64,000 nucleotides of DNA from Octopus sinensis (Eukaryota): assembly GCF_006345805.1 (NCBI RefSeq), contig NC_043007.1:17112001-17176000 (forward strand). Direction: 5' to 3'. The notes under the pieces were generated by a model. It did not search any database. It was not told the DNA's origin and worked only from the letters and a program-made list of their open reading frames with translations. The number at the start of each line of letters is the position of its first letter. Positions within the stretch are counted from its first letter, which is position 1. Shown here one piece after another: positions 14,219 to 28,157 of this stretch. Made by a program: the position numbers and the translations under genes.

Positions 14219-15029
14219 ACATGCGTGCGTGAGAAAGCTGTTAAATTTCACTTGTCATTGGATGTATTATGCATGCATGTATGTGCGTGTGAGAGAGAGA
14301 GACAGAAAGCTGTTAAAGTTGGTTATCATTGGATAGTGTCCATGTGAGAGAGACAGATAGAGAAAGAGAGGTCATTGGATATAATGTGTGAGTATGTGTG
14401 TGAGAGATGGAAATAGAGAGAGCTGTTAAATTTGGTTATCATTGGATGAAATGTGTGTGTGATATAAACAACTAGTTGTCATTGAAAATGTGTGTGTCTA
14501 GCAAAATGCAAGTGTGTGACTGGATTAAATGTGTAACTTATATTTGTATCTGTTAATTAGTTGTAGCTTACTACAGTTGTGTCAGTGGATGCAGGGTATA
14601 TGTCTGTATGTATGTATGTGTGTATGACTTTTAATTGCTGTTTTGTCACAGGTTGTAGTGAAGCACCTGATGGAATGTCGGAACTATTAGTGATCATTAT
14701 CGTGTTGTAAGGAATGTTATTTGGCCATATTTCATCACCATTTCTTGTTGATTGCTCCACCTCCTTTGCACTTCATCATCACTGCCATAGTGCCAATTAT
14801 AAACAAAGACAGCCAGGACAATAAACCCTCGTCTTCATCTAAATTGCATGATCACAAGTATCACTATTGAAACCAGTTTGGTTTTCATCTTAAAGAAGTT
14901 TGCATGTTTATGGTTTAGGTTGGTGAACAGTTCGTATATAGGAGTGTTGATCACTACTAATCAATTTCATGTGTATTTCTTTTTTATTTAGAATTTTCAC
15001 TTGCAGGAGGGTATTTTAGATTCTCTTAT

Positions 15030-15590
15030 CTATCTATTCATCCGTCTGTCTGTCCACGTCTGTCTATCCATATGTCTGTTCATATTTCTATCTATCCACC
15101 TATCCGTTCGTCTGTTTGTCTGTCTATCCACCTATCCATTTGTCTGTCTGTCTATCCACCTATCCATTTGTCTGTCTGTCTGTCTATCCACCTATCCATT
15201 TGTCTGTCTGTCTATCCACCTATCCATTTGTCTGTCTGTCTGTCTGTCTATCCACCTATCCATTCATGTCTGTCTGTCTATCCACCTATCCATTTGTCTG
15301 TCTGTCTGTCTATCCACCTATCCATTTGTCTGTCTGTCTATCCACCTATCCATTTGTCTGTCTGTCTGTCTATCCACCTATCCATTCATGTCTGTCTGTC
15401 TATCCACCTATCCATTTGTCTGTCTGTCTGTCTGTCTATCCACCTATCCATTTGTCTGTCTGTCTATCTACCTATCCATTCATGTCTGTCTGTCTATCCA
15501 GTTATCCATTCATGTCTATCTGTCTATCCAGTTATCCATCCGTCTGTTTGTCTATCTGTCTATCCACCTATCCATTTGTCTGTCTGTCTT
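15030..15590. repeat. Compound minisatellite (tctatccacctatccatttgtctgtctg)n
   Basis: 28-36 bp units built from TGTC/TATC tetramers; explains ORFs at 15001-15885. Confidence 0.95.
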
Positions 15591-18500
15591 TTCATATGTT
15601 GGTCCATCCATATATGCCAGTCATTTGTCTAACCTGTTTCAAACGAATATATCTATCTATCTTGCAATCTATCTGTCTACCTATCTATCAATCACTTTAT
15701 TTAATGATGAAGTCTGTTCATTCCTCCAGAAAGTGCTTCAGCTGTCTTATCACCAAGATTACCTACTCATTAAATTATTATGGTTGGTTATTTTATGGAC
15801 ACTTTGTACCCTTAATGAAATCCTCAGTCAGAATCAGAGTAACACTATATCTAGCAGGCTCCTAATCCAATTTCCATTTGCTTGATTTTGCTCGCTAAGC
15901 TTGATCACCCTGAGGCTATAATGGAAGATAATTTGCTAAGTGCTGTGCAGCGGGATTGTGAAAGTGAACCACATAAACCCCATTGCTGTGCACCCACATG
16001 TGTGCATATATGTACATGTGTATATATGCATGTATGTATACATAGAACAGCTCTTTTATAAAATGTCACCTTGAAAACAAAGCTATCACTAATTTCTTAG
16101 AAGTATATGAAGGATTTCTTTTTTGTATTTTTGTATTTCGGAATGGTCATTTTGCCAGTTTAGCCAATAAAAACACACACTATATATTTGGTGTTACTTT
16201 GCTTCAGCGTTATTTATTTTTTACATTAATCTTAATCTTATTTCGGCCAGAGTTCTTTCGTCACACTCCTGTATTTTTTGTTTTTATGTTAAAAACTACC
16301 TAAGGTGTCATGCAGTGGGACTGAACCTGGAACTTTTAACTTATGAAGTGAATTTCTTTACGATATAACTATGCTTGTGTTTATAGGTGTGTGTGCGTGT
16401 GGGGAGAGGATGGATGTGTGGGTATGTCAGTGGTATAATGGTGGCGTTCAGATTACACTCTCAAGACAGAATTTAGATGTATGTATTTGTTTCATTTTCC
16501 TTGAGTCAAACAGACATTTACCGTTTGTTTGTTTGTTGAGTGAATCACTCACCACCTTAATTATTTTATCCCTAAAATACTTGTCAAGATTGGAATTGCT
16601 TGAACTGTTTTTATACTGACCTGCCAACTTGACCCTCAGTCCCCCCCTATTACAATCCCTGTATTAAAAAGCATTCCTATTTAACTCCTTAGTATTTAGA
16701 TTACCTTGTTATAGTGCTTATTTATTCACATTGCTTTCATTTAATCATGTATTATCTTGTGGCTTCAAGATTTTATTTGCTTATTTTTAAAGTGACATTG
16801 TAGGTTAGGTATGAGAAGGCAGATCTGACCAGTTTTACTTAAAATGGGTTGAATATTTGAGCCAGATATGACTGTTTAAATGCTAAAGTGTCAACCCATT
16901 TGTGACTAGATTTTTAGCAAAATACATTGTCTATCGATGCCTGTGACCATTTACAAGGATCCCAAGACTAGTGGGAAGGAAGGAAAAAGATATCCTTTTC
17001 TCTTCTAGGAACAAGGCCCGAAATTTTGGGGAAGGAGGCCAGTCAATTAGATTGACTCCAGTATGCAACTGGTACTTAATTTATCGACCCTGAAAGGATG
17101 AAAGGCAAAGTCGATCTTGGTGGAAGGAAGAAGATGTCCTTAAACCAGAGACATAGTCAGTATACTAGCAACCTAGTGGACTCTGCTAAGGACATTCATG
17201 GCCCCAGGTGATGGTTTTAAACTAGATAGCAGTCTGTAGCAGGATTTGAAGTTTGACCACAAAAAACCTGGAAGAGATATAGCAAAGCATTCTGGTCCTA
17301 CATTCATTCTTATAGTTTTGCCTGGACTGGTTACCTTTTTATCAAAGTTGACTTTGGCTGGATTTGAACTCAGAACCAGAGAGAGTGAGTCAGTCATTAG
17401 TGTCAGATAGAAAACCTTGGGGTATTTGTTTTGACTAAATGTCATCAAATTCTTGATTATTTTCCGAATATCAGGAAACAACTGACTTTGTCATTTTTAA
17501 GCTGCTTGCTGAGATATAAATTAATAAAAGGTACTTCAATGAAATTATAAAGGAAGGTTTCAATCTAAATATTGAATACTTGATGCTACTTTGGTATGTA
17601 ATCTATATGTCATGAAATTGCTTTGGTATGCAATCTACACTTTATATTGTGATCTACAATAAAAGTTATAATTATCAAGAACAAGGAATGCACCTGTATC
17701 GGTTTCAAGAGAATGTCTGGTTAGAGAGTGTGAAACATAAGTCTTAATAATAAATGTGTAAAATGTACAAAAATTTTGATTATGTTTTTACTTTTCTAGC
17801 TGATGTTTGTTCAATTCGCCCATAAAATTAGTAAACTTGTTTCAAATCTGCTGCCACTTAAGGATTATTTAAAAAAAAAAAAAAAAAAGTAAATCGGTTC
17901 TAGGGTCAATTTGTTTGACTAAAACCCTTCAAGGTGATGGCTCAGCATGGTTGCAGTCAAATGAGAGAAACAAGTCAGACAAAAGATTAGCTGACTGTCT
18001 AATCTTCAAGTCCTCAAGTTAACAATCTTGTTATTCTTCATTGATATTCTTCTAGGATGTTTACAACCACTCACCTTAAGTTTTTTTTTTTTTTAACCTT
18101 TGGATTAATGTTAACTTGTATGAAGTGTCTCATTTAAAGTGCACATCACTGCAATAACATCAATGTTCGTTTGCATGAATTAATTTTACCTTTAATGAGA
18201 CATAACAATTTATTTATTTAAAAAATAATTTTTCTACTGTTCTTGCTTTTAACAATGTTACCTACCTAGATCTGTCGTTATCTTTTAACCTGGTTTAAAT
18301 ACTCTTCTCAAACCATTGCCGCTCATGTTCATTGTACACCATTTCTCTTCCCTCTTTTTCTAAATTGTTTCGCTCTCACTGCTTCTCTATCTGTGTAAGA
18401 GGAATGTAATTTAAATGCAAGCCAAAAGTAATGTTTAATCAATGAAAATAGGAATTATATACATGTGTGTGTGTGTATGTGTGTCACACATATATACTTC

Positions 18501-19163
18501 CATATCATCTCATATCAATAGTTATATGAAAATGAATATTCACAGAACAGTGATGATCGTGATAATGACGATAATTTCTCATTCAGTTTTCTGCAGTATT
18601 TACGAATCGAGTAGTGTTTTTTTTTTTTTTGTTAATGACACTCTTGAAAGCTTAAAAGGGAACATTTAAAGTTGATTGACTATCAATGTAATCGTTCCAT
18701 CCCTCCCTCCCTCCCTATCAATGTGCCTTTCTACTGTCATTCTGTTTTTTTTCTTAACCCTCCACAGCCTATCAACATCTATTTCTATATACTACAGTAA
18801 ATGTATTGCTATGTATTTATTCCAAATGAACTCCTGGAATGCTCAGTAATCACTCTAGACATAATTACTTATCTCTCTCTCTCTCTCGCTATCTATCTAT
18901 CATCTCTCTCTCTGTCTCTCTCTGTCTCTCTTTATTGTTATTGTTTATTATTGAAATGTTCTATTGTCCTCATTTCTTTCAGGAAATGACTTTAAAAAAG
19001 AAGAAAGAAAAAAACACATACAAACAGACTCTAAAATATAATATTGTTCATCACATTTACCATCTATACTGTTTTAAGACGGTTCCATTGGTAGATCTCA
19101 CTGATATAAATCAGAATTAGCTTTCAGTATGATTCTTTACATGATCATGCCACACACATTCAA

Positions 19164-19212
<49 letters not shown>

Positions 19213-19560
19213 AGCATCTTTACACACACACAAGCACACCTTGTTTTTGTTGTTTATCCTGTTTCAGTATTACCCTTGGATATATATTAATGATTGTTTT
19301 CTAAACCATTTCTCATTTATGATTGTGCGATTGTATCTCTTGTTAATAGTTTGCTATATCCTAAACTTACCACACCAACTAATGTGTCTGAACAAGCCAA
19401 GGCATATTTTGTGCATAACTTGTACAATGTGATTTGATCCCTAGCTACCAGTTTAACTAAGACTACTCTATCCTATATCCAATTTGCCAAGTAACAGGAT
19501 CTTAATGAGCCAAAGAAGCTTCTACAAGACCAATCTGCACTATGCAACTGGCAAATTTTC

Positions 19561-20031
19561 TTAACCCTTTCAATACCAACCCAGCTGAAACCGCCCCTGG
19601 CTCTGTAGTACAAATGTCTTGTTTTCATAAGTTTTGAATTAGAATCTTCCACCAAACCTTAGTCACAATTTATGTTCCTAACACTAGCTTAATGATAACT
19701 AAGTTATTCTACTAAATTCTTTGTTATATTTAAAATTAATTGAAAGAAACACAGAGCATCTCAACAGAAATATGTTAACAAAAGGGTTAAAGTCACCATG
19801 ATATTTTTAACCAACCCTTCTGATACCAACCCAGCTGAAACTGCCTCTGGCTCTGTAGTACAAATGTCTTGTTTTCATAAGTTTTGAATTAAAATCTTCC
19901 ACCAAACAATTTATGTTCCTAACACTAGCTGAATGATAACCAAGTTATTTTATTAAATTCTTTGTTATATTTAAAATTAATTGAAAGAAACCGGGAGCAT
20001 CTCAAAATAAATGTGGTAATGAAAGGGTTAA
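19561..20031 (+). mobile_element. Two tandem piggyBac-type MITEs (family P1, ~230 bp)
   Basis: TTAA-cccttt ... aaaggg-TTAA termini (19561-19790, 19807-20031); further copies 27041-27259, 37318-37513(-), 62991-63218. Confidence 0.85.
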
Positions 20032-20718
20032 GCAGTATCACTTTTCTGTAAAATGTAGATCACCTGTTTTACAACCTGCTGTTGTAGCCTGTTCCATAAT
20101 AAAGATAGGATGCTCCACTTTCTTTGCCTGCAACACCACCATCAAAACACTGTCAAACTGATTAGCTGCTTCAGTTTTATGAGTCTTTTTCAGCAGGAAT
20201 GATTGAGGTCTCAACAATGTTATCTATAGGTAAATTCTCGATTATATTAAAAATTAAAACTTCAAAGTAGATTACTTATTAGAAATGCAACCAAGAAAGT
20301 ATTGTCTACACATTTACCACAGATTTTGATAGCAAATCTGGAGCTGTCTCGTTTAATATTGATGCTTAACATATGTACAAAGTTCCACATGTTTGTAGGT
20401 AGGAACATTGTTATATTGCCCATCCTTCATTCTGATGCTCTGTCAATTCTAAGTCCATCCTTTACCTGTCCAAAGCAGTTTCATAAGTTTATCCCAAATG
20501 TCAATGCATGTTTTCAGGCTTTTAGTTAACCCTTGTTTCACCTGTTCTGAGTAATGTAAAGCTTTCCTTTCATAAGTCCCATGTTACTGTGGTAGTTGGA
20601 AGCATTTGGGAATGTGTATATTATATGATGCATATCACATGTAATACACAGGACAGGCAAAGGGTTAATACTGTAGGTATTTAAAACTACTGACATTTAT
20701 TTTAGCTACTTCAAAGCT

Positions 20719-21172
20719 AATACAGTTCTATATTTAAGAGATGAGGAATTATTTACATTCGACTGATATGCCCACGGGCATATGGCGTAGTGGTTAAGAG
20801 CGCGGGCTACTAACCCCAAGATTCTGAGTTCGATTCCAAGCAGTGACCTGAACTATAATAATCATAATCATCGTCGTTTAACGTTCGCTTTCCATGCTAG
20901 CATGGGTTGGACGGTTTGACTGTGGGCTGGTGAACCAGATGGCTGCACCAAGCTCCAGTCTTGATCTGGCAGAGTTTCTACAGCTGGATGCCTTTCCTAA
21001 CGCTAACCACTCCAAATAATAATAATAATAATATCGAAGAATACCTTAGGAATGAGAACTCAGGTTCGAAATTTCCCCAAGACACCTGAAGAAGGCTGGA
21101 GGGTATATCAGCCAAAACGTTGTTTTAACAACAAACAAGATGAGGACAAATATCTATCGAATGTAAATAATG
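20719..21172 (+). mobile_element. Penelope-like insert with hammerhead-like motif, carrying two nested SINE fragments
   Basis: 12 bp TSD tacttcaaagct (20707-20718, 21173-21184); short inverted repeat attatttacattcga / tcgaatgtaaataat; ctgaaga-a-ggctg..cagcc-aaaacgtt at 21086-21121. Confidence 0.7.
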
Positions 21173-23639
21173 TACTTCAAAGCTGATGAAAAGTAAATTT
21201 AACCCATCAGAATCTGAAAATGTTGAGATGCAACTCTATTAGGCATTTGTCTTTCACTTTATTGAATCTGTTTGTTGTTTATCCTAATATTACTTAACTA
21301 TTCCATGTGTCTCCTTACAAGTCCTGTATAGGTGTCTAATCTTCTATGACAGTATAACAGCAGTGTATCGGTATGTCTGCTGTCAGCCTACTTATATAAT
21401 GATATAGACCTTCTGCATACTGTCGAATGGGAATCTGTTCTTTAAACCATAACACTAAACAATATCACATCAAATATTTTTGACATCAGATACTGTTGTT
21501 AGTCATTAAGCTCCAGCAAAGCTTGTTCTCAAGTCAGGAACAATAACATCCTGTTTTAAATGGAAATATTTCTTTTATATTTGCAAAAGTCATTATTGCC
21601 AAAACAATTAAACTGCAATGGCTATTAAGTTACAAAACAACATTATAACTGTAAGTACATAGATCTCCATCAATGTTGACGATGAATATTCAGTTTTTGA
21701 TCAACCAAACTACCTCCTCATTGAATTAGTATGTAAATGGATAAACATTCCACAGATGTCACACTGACAACACACAGTTGGAAAAAGCTGGACCTTTAAA
21801 TTACAGGTGAATCTATTCAGTGGACTGTCACGCAGTTTCTGTCAACCCGATTTCTCTTGCTTTACTTGGGTTGACCCTGATCTATTCTAAAGAACATTTG
21901 CTCAAGATGCTATGCAATGAGACTGAATCTGAGACCTTCTGTTCACAAGGACCCTCTAAACTACTTTTCCAGGTCATTAAATTGTCATAATGATACAGTT
22001 TTTTTCTTTCAAAAGTCCTTTATTACACTTTAACCTTTCATCACCTGGCATAAATCCACATTCCCTTATTACTACCCCCACTTCAGTGAAAGGATTTTGT
22101 CTTGCAAGTTACTTGGTGAGGTCACGGATGACAGTCCCATGTTAAAAGCACCCAATATGTTCTCTAAAGTGGTTGGCATTAGGAAGGGCATCTAGTCGTA
22201 GAAACCATACCAAAACATATAGTGGGGCTTGGCACAGTCCTTTGGCTCACCAGCTCCTGTCAAACCATTCAACCCATGCCAGCATAGAAAAAAAGATTAA
22301 ATGATGGTGATGATGATGATTTAAAATTAAAAACCATTAAGTTACCAGATTAAAATTTCCTTAGATATTCTATAAAGTCTTAAGTGTCAGACGGTTTATT
22401 TTTCTGATAATCTATATAAGTATTATTCATCCTAAAGACAAGCAACAGTGTGGAAGTATCAGTAGAACTACTGGCAAAGATCCTTCTGGCATTTAGTTGC
22501 ATCATTTTATTTACTGAATTTAACTACCATTGGATTTGTCTTTTCCTTCATCTGTTAGTCGGATGATAACATAGTCAACTACATTTCCTTTCCTTTGAAT
22601 TTATGACTGTTTACTAATGTAGGAAATACTTTGTCCCAAAGTGTGGTGAGTACCATTGAGTATCTGTAATTTCCTAATGTGTCACATATGCAGCTTGGTT
22701 TTGTAGCCATACCATTCTACTTATGTCACTACGAATCTCAAGAATGGCATGAGCATCAAACAGCAGTACTTAAGGCAAATGTCTTCTATTATAGCTCTGG
22801 GCAGTTCAGTGCTTTGTGAGTGAATTTGGTAGGTAGAAACTGTGGAAGCTCATCATAATATGTGTGTCATTGTCTGTGTTTGATCCCCCACTGTACTGCT
22901 TGATAACTGGTGTTGGTTTGTTTACATCCCTGTAACTTAGTGGTTTGGCAAAAGAGACCAACAGAATAAGTACCAGACTTAAAAATAACTGCTGCTCATT
23001 TGTTTCATCAAAATACTTCAAGGCAATGCACCAACATGGCTGTGGAGGCATATGGCCTACTGGTTAGAGCAGCGGACTCACGGTCGAGGGATCGCAGGTT
23101 CAAATCCCAGACCAGGTGATGTGTGTGTTTATGAGCGAAACACCTAAGCTCCACGCGGCTCCGGCAGAAGGTAATGGTGAACTTCTGCTAACTCTTTCGC
23201 CACAACTTTCTCTCACTCTTTCCTCCTGCATCTTGCAGCTCACCGGCGTCCCGTCCAGGTGGGGAACTTATCTCTAAGGAAACTGGGAAACCGGCCCTTA
23301 TGAGCCAGGCATGGCTCGAGAAGGAACCAACATGGCTCCAGTCCTATGACTGAAAATGTAAAAGATAAAATATAATGGGAAAAAAAATCATCTACAAATG
23401 CTTCATTCTTTTGTGGAACTGTAGACCAAAGACACTAGCACACATGCACACACACACACACAGATCTTGCTCTATCTTTTCCTTCTTGTTTCAGATCAAC
23501 TTAGTAACCTCTACTCCATTATTTATAGCCCTCTGCCTTTTTAGCTCACTGTACAGTCCAGCCTTTTATGGATCTTATATCTGATCCAGCACACCTACGA
23601 TTCTAACAGGATAGACTCAACACCAAGCAAATTTACTGC

Positions 23640-24010
23640 CTATTTCCTGGTTGGAGATGTGGTCTTGCCAAGTAATGTTCATTATTGATCATAACTGGTT
23701 GCTCATCAGCATTTTGATATGTTGCTGATTCAGTGTGTAAGTCTCAGCAACATACAAGAGACAGGATGGTACTACTGCTCAATATATTTGGTATATTGTT
23801 CATAGTTTCATGTTTCTACAGTTAAATTATTGAGCTTCCTGAAAGCAATTGTAGCAGACTGTATGCAGCATTCCACTTCCATATCTAGGCTGTTACGGTA
23901 AAAAATCATACTACCCAAATAGTTAAACATTTTCACTACACTTAGTGGTTGTCTTGTCCTCATGATGGTTGATGGTTCATGATCTAGCATTTGAGATTTA
24001 CATTGATATG
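23640..24010 (-). mobile_element. RTE-clade LINE reverse transcriptase relic (late RT domains)
   Basis: VVKMFNYLGSMIFYRNSLDMEVECCIQSATIAFRKL resembles the F.YLGS...LD.EV..RI..A..AF..L motif. Confidence 0.8.
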
Positions 24011-24599
24011 AATTCAGATTAAAAAATTTTTTTTTTTGTTTTCACATTTATCAACAAGCTGAACGTTGTCACCTCACGCACATTCAGAATATATAACTTT
24101 CTGGCTATTTTTTTGGAAATGAGTCCACCTGAGTTAACTCATCAATGAGGAGAAATTTGTGATTGTAAATATTATAGTATGGAGGCGCAATGGCCCAGTG
24201 GTTGGGGCAGCGGACTCGCAGTCGGAGGATCACAGTTTCGATTCCCAGACCAGGCGTTGTATGTGTTTATTAAGCGAAAACACCTAAAGCTCACGAGGTT
24301 CCAGCAGGGGGTGGTGACGACCCCTGTTGTACTCTTTTGCCCCCTCTCTTTCTTCCTGTTTTTTGAGTAACGCTGCGATAGACTGGCATCCCGTCCAGCT
24401 GGGGGGAACACATACGCCACAGAAACCGGGCCCATGAGCTTGGATAGGCTTGAAAGGGCGCATAAAAAATAAATATTATAGTACTTCCTAGTGGACCTTA
24501 AACATAGTTAAGTTCAATAACCCACCATCTGCTCTTATGTGGATAATCTTGCTTGCTGTGTTTTGAAATGCAGCATCCAGAAATAATACAAAGAGTGTT

Positions 24600-25640
24600 G
24601 GAGCAAATATATACAAACCTGCTTTCATTGGAAAAGTGGTTTAGCTGGTGCTCCCAAGAAAAATCATGGAAGATTATATCATTGTGGGACTGCTTGACTA
24701 TTCTTTTACTCTTTTACTTCTTTCAGTCATTTGACTGCGGCCTTGCTGGAGCACCACCTTTAGTCAAGGAAATCGATCTCAGGACTTATTCTTTGTAAGC
24801 CTAGTACTTATTCTATCGGTCTTTTTTTGCTGAACCGCTAAGTTACGGGGACATAAACACACCAGCATCAGTTGTCAAGCGATGTTGGGACAGGGAGGAC
24901 AAACACAGACACATAAACACACACACACATATGTATACATATATATGACGGGCTTCTTTCAGTTTCCGTCTACCAAATCCACTCACAAGGCTTTGGTGGG
25001 CCCGAGGCTATAGTAGAAGACACTTCCCCAAGGTGCCACGCATTGAGACTGAACCAGGAACCATGTTGTTGGTAAGCAAGCTACTTAACACACAGCCACT
25101 CCTGAGCATACAAATTCTATCTGCGCCTATCTTCACATATTGATCTTGACACCCAGATCTTTTGAGCAGGGTCTATAAGCCCTGTCTTAGTAACTATTGA
25201 AAGACATGTGAAGCAAATTCTTCCTGAAACCCATTGTGGATTTTGTATGTCTAGGAGCACCAACAATATGTGTATCACCTTGTGGAAAATTCAGCAAAAA
25301 GCTGTTCTCATTCACTGATGTTAAAATGACTCTTTTGTTGACCAAAGGTTAGTTTCTCAGTAAGGAGCAGGCATCAACTCGTGACTTGCTCATATGTTTT
25401 GCCCAGGGATATGTGAACAACCAATTATATTTTACTATAGAATGTGTAAGTTTGGCAGAATGGCTCCTCATAACTTGTACACAGTTTGAATTTGAGTTTT
25501 TATTATTAATCATTTAATTCACAGTATGGAACTCAACAAAATTGACTTACAGCGTTTCTCATACTTGATTGATAGCTGATATCTCTTTTGTTCACACTAC
25601 ATTAATAGTTAATATCTCAACTGCTCACAGACAATGGATA
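24600..25640 (+). mobile_element. RTE-clade LINE reverse transcriptase relic (early RT domains), split by a SINE
   Basis: HVKQILPETHCGFCMSRSTNNMCITLWKIQQK at ~25205-25300 resembles ILPESQCGFR..RST.DMIF.LRQ.QEK; AQGYV near 25400 resembles QGCV. Confidence 0.7.
24703..25105 (-). mobile_element. SINE family A inserted in an RTE LINE relic
   Basis: Colinear with other family A copies. Confidence 0.9.
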
Positions 25641-25920
25641 ATTGATATATCATCTGTTGATAATTATCTCCATTCTTCATACTCAATGGATGGCTGATGT
25701 TTCTAGTGTTCACACTCTTTTGTTATTGTTAACACTATCATGGTGGAGAGAAAGCCGGAACGGCAGCACATTGCACTTACAGTATTTTGCCTGGTCCCTT
25801 TATGTTGAGTTCAGATCACATTAAGTGATGACCTTTGTTTTTCTTCCTACAAGGATTGGTAAAAGTAGTAACAGTCATATACTGGGTGTGGAGTGTCAGC
25901 CCAGCTGCCTTCCCCTACAC

Positions 25921-26099
25921 CAGTGCTTTTCAACCTTTTTGCTGGAGCGGAACCCCAAGGAAACATTCCACTGGCTCGAGGAACCTCTGTGCAATAATTT
26001 AATTGTCTTATGCACACATATCTGCACAGGAGAATAAAAAATTACTGTTGATTTTAGCAGTTTTGTAACTTCTTGCGGAACCCTGGTTGAAAACCACTG
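25921..26099. mobile_element. hAT-type MITE
   Basis: TIR cagtgcttttcaacc / ggttgaaaaccactg with perfect 8 bp TSD ccctacac (25913-25920, 26100-26107). Confidence 0.9.
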
Positions 26100-27732
26100 C
26101 CCTACACACACACACACGCGCGCACACATTCCAAGTTTATTCCAAGTGTCAAGCCTTTCTGTTTTGCTCCTGCCAAATTCCTAGTCCCTGGTTACAGTGT
26201 CTATTAATTTCTTCAGGCTTTCATTTAACAAAGTTAAGTCATTTGGAAGATTCTGTTGGAACAGGGAGAAGGTGTCCGATAGAAGCAATATCAACCAATT
26301 ACCATTGTTAAGAGGTTTGGTTAATGTCTTGAGAAAGTGAAAATTACTTTTATTCCTTGGTTGATATGTCTGTATGAAAGAGTAGCTGCACTCTGTGTTT
26401 CAGTATGAGATTGGCACTTTAATTATCCATCTTCTATGTAATATATTGTTGCTGATTAGTAGAGCAGATAAAACTATTGCTTTGTTACAGATAGCTACCT
26501 TGTTCTTTCAATTGGTTAAATCATTCATTCAGATAATGTGTGTGTGATAATTACTACATTGTGAAGAATTCTGAACGTCTGTGACTTAATCATGTGTTTT
26601 GTTACATAATTAATTAATTCATTAAAGTCATTAATATTTTCCTTTCCATGAATTACTGTAGTCCAAGAGCCACTGCTTGATTGGAATTTCTGAAGAGAGA
26701 GAGAAAGAGAGATGTTACCATAAATGGTGTTGGATAAGTACACATACTAGTGTTGGGGATATGATTGTTTCAGTTCCTGGAAGTGATGCTAGTCTATCAG
26801 AAGTAGCGTTTTCAAAATATCTGGGACCTATTTCTTCAACAGTAGAATGATCCGAATCAAGTAGAATGAAGTATCTTGTCCAACAGTTTTGAACTCCTGA
26901 TCCACCAGCTAGTAATTCAATACATTACCCATAGAGCCAATCTGTCTGGCACATTGGTTTCCTACATTGGTGCAAACCCTCAAATTTAAGGGAAGGGTGT
27001 AGTTGAATAAATTAACTTTAGTACTTGACTGATACCTATTTTAACCCTTTCGTTACCAAACCGGCTCTGGCTCTAAGTACAAATGTCTTGCTTTCATAAG
27101 TTTTGAATTACTATCTTCCACCAAACCTTAGTCACAATTTATGTTCCTAACACTAGCTTAATGATGACTAAATTATTTTACTAAATTCTTTGTTATATTT
27201 AAAGTAATTGAAAAAAAACACAGAGCATCTCAAAATAAATACAGTAATGAAAGGGTTAATGAATACCTCACCCACCTAACGAGAACAAAAGGTAAAATCA
27301 ACTCAACAAAGTTTCAACTGAAAATGTGAAGGAACAACTATCTCAACAGTCTGTCATTTCTGCTAATCTTCTAACATAAAGGAATATGAAATGATATAGA
27401 TGGATATAAATAGTTCTTTACATACACACTATTTAAGCAATAACAGCTTGGAGTCATTCAAAAACATACAAAAACTTAACTTCACTTAAATACTTATTTG
27501 GTGTCAAAATTTTCATTGCACCGACTGCAATCTGGTCACAAACAGAGCTCTGTTGTAACTGAGTTGCAGTGGGAAGATTTTGGTGAAAATTTTGACACCA
27601 AATAATAAATGTTTAAGTGAAGTTAAATTTTGTGTGTTCTTGAATGTCTAATATGTGCCTTCAATACTGTAATTGTTAAACAGACTGTCTAGGATCAAAT
27701 CATTTTCCAATTAAGTACATCTCTGACAGTCT

Positions 27733-27958
27733 TTAACCCTTTAGTGTTTAAACCGGCCACATCCAGCCCAAATATTCTGTGTTTTACATTTCAACTCGCC
27801 ATATCTAGCCTCTCGCACCTAACCTACATTGACATTCTAAAAATAAATATTCACATCATTGAGATTTCAAAGCCATGAGATAATGCATGATTAATTCAAA
27901 ACAATTTGAGTGAAAAAGTATTACATTTAACAGAGTAATCTGAACATTAAAGGGTTAA
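27733..27958. mobile_element. piggyBac-type MITE (family P2)
   Basis: TTAA-ccctttagtgtt ... aacattaaaggg-TTAA; copies 44779-45007, 50122-50769 (split by SINE), degenerate 16681-16894. Confidence 0.85.
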
Positions 27959-28157
27959 AGACCTCTGTAAAAAAAAGAAGAAAAAAAAGTATACATAACG
28001 GTGATGCATCAGCATGGCTGCAGCTTTGAGCTGAAACTAGAAAAAAAAAAAAAAAAAAAAGAGAATAAAGCAGTTTCGAAACAGTACAATTTTGTCATCA
28101 TATGGTTTGGAGAATGGACCTTAGTCATGGGAAAATAAAAGGATGATGGTGACAATT

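Noticed and set aside
15001-15885. ORFs of 186-294 aa, and 7689-8541 His-rich ORFs
   Set aside because: Translations of microsatellite-derived repeats
20776-20855. tRNA gene
   Set aside because: A/B boxes present but acceptor and anticodon stems are imperfect and it has an (AAT)n tail; SINE head
25395-25435. LTR-retrotransposon LPQG motif
   Set aside because: In the frame read it is AQGYV, and upstream CGF..RST motifs indicate a non-LTR RTE reverse transcriptase
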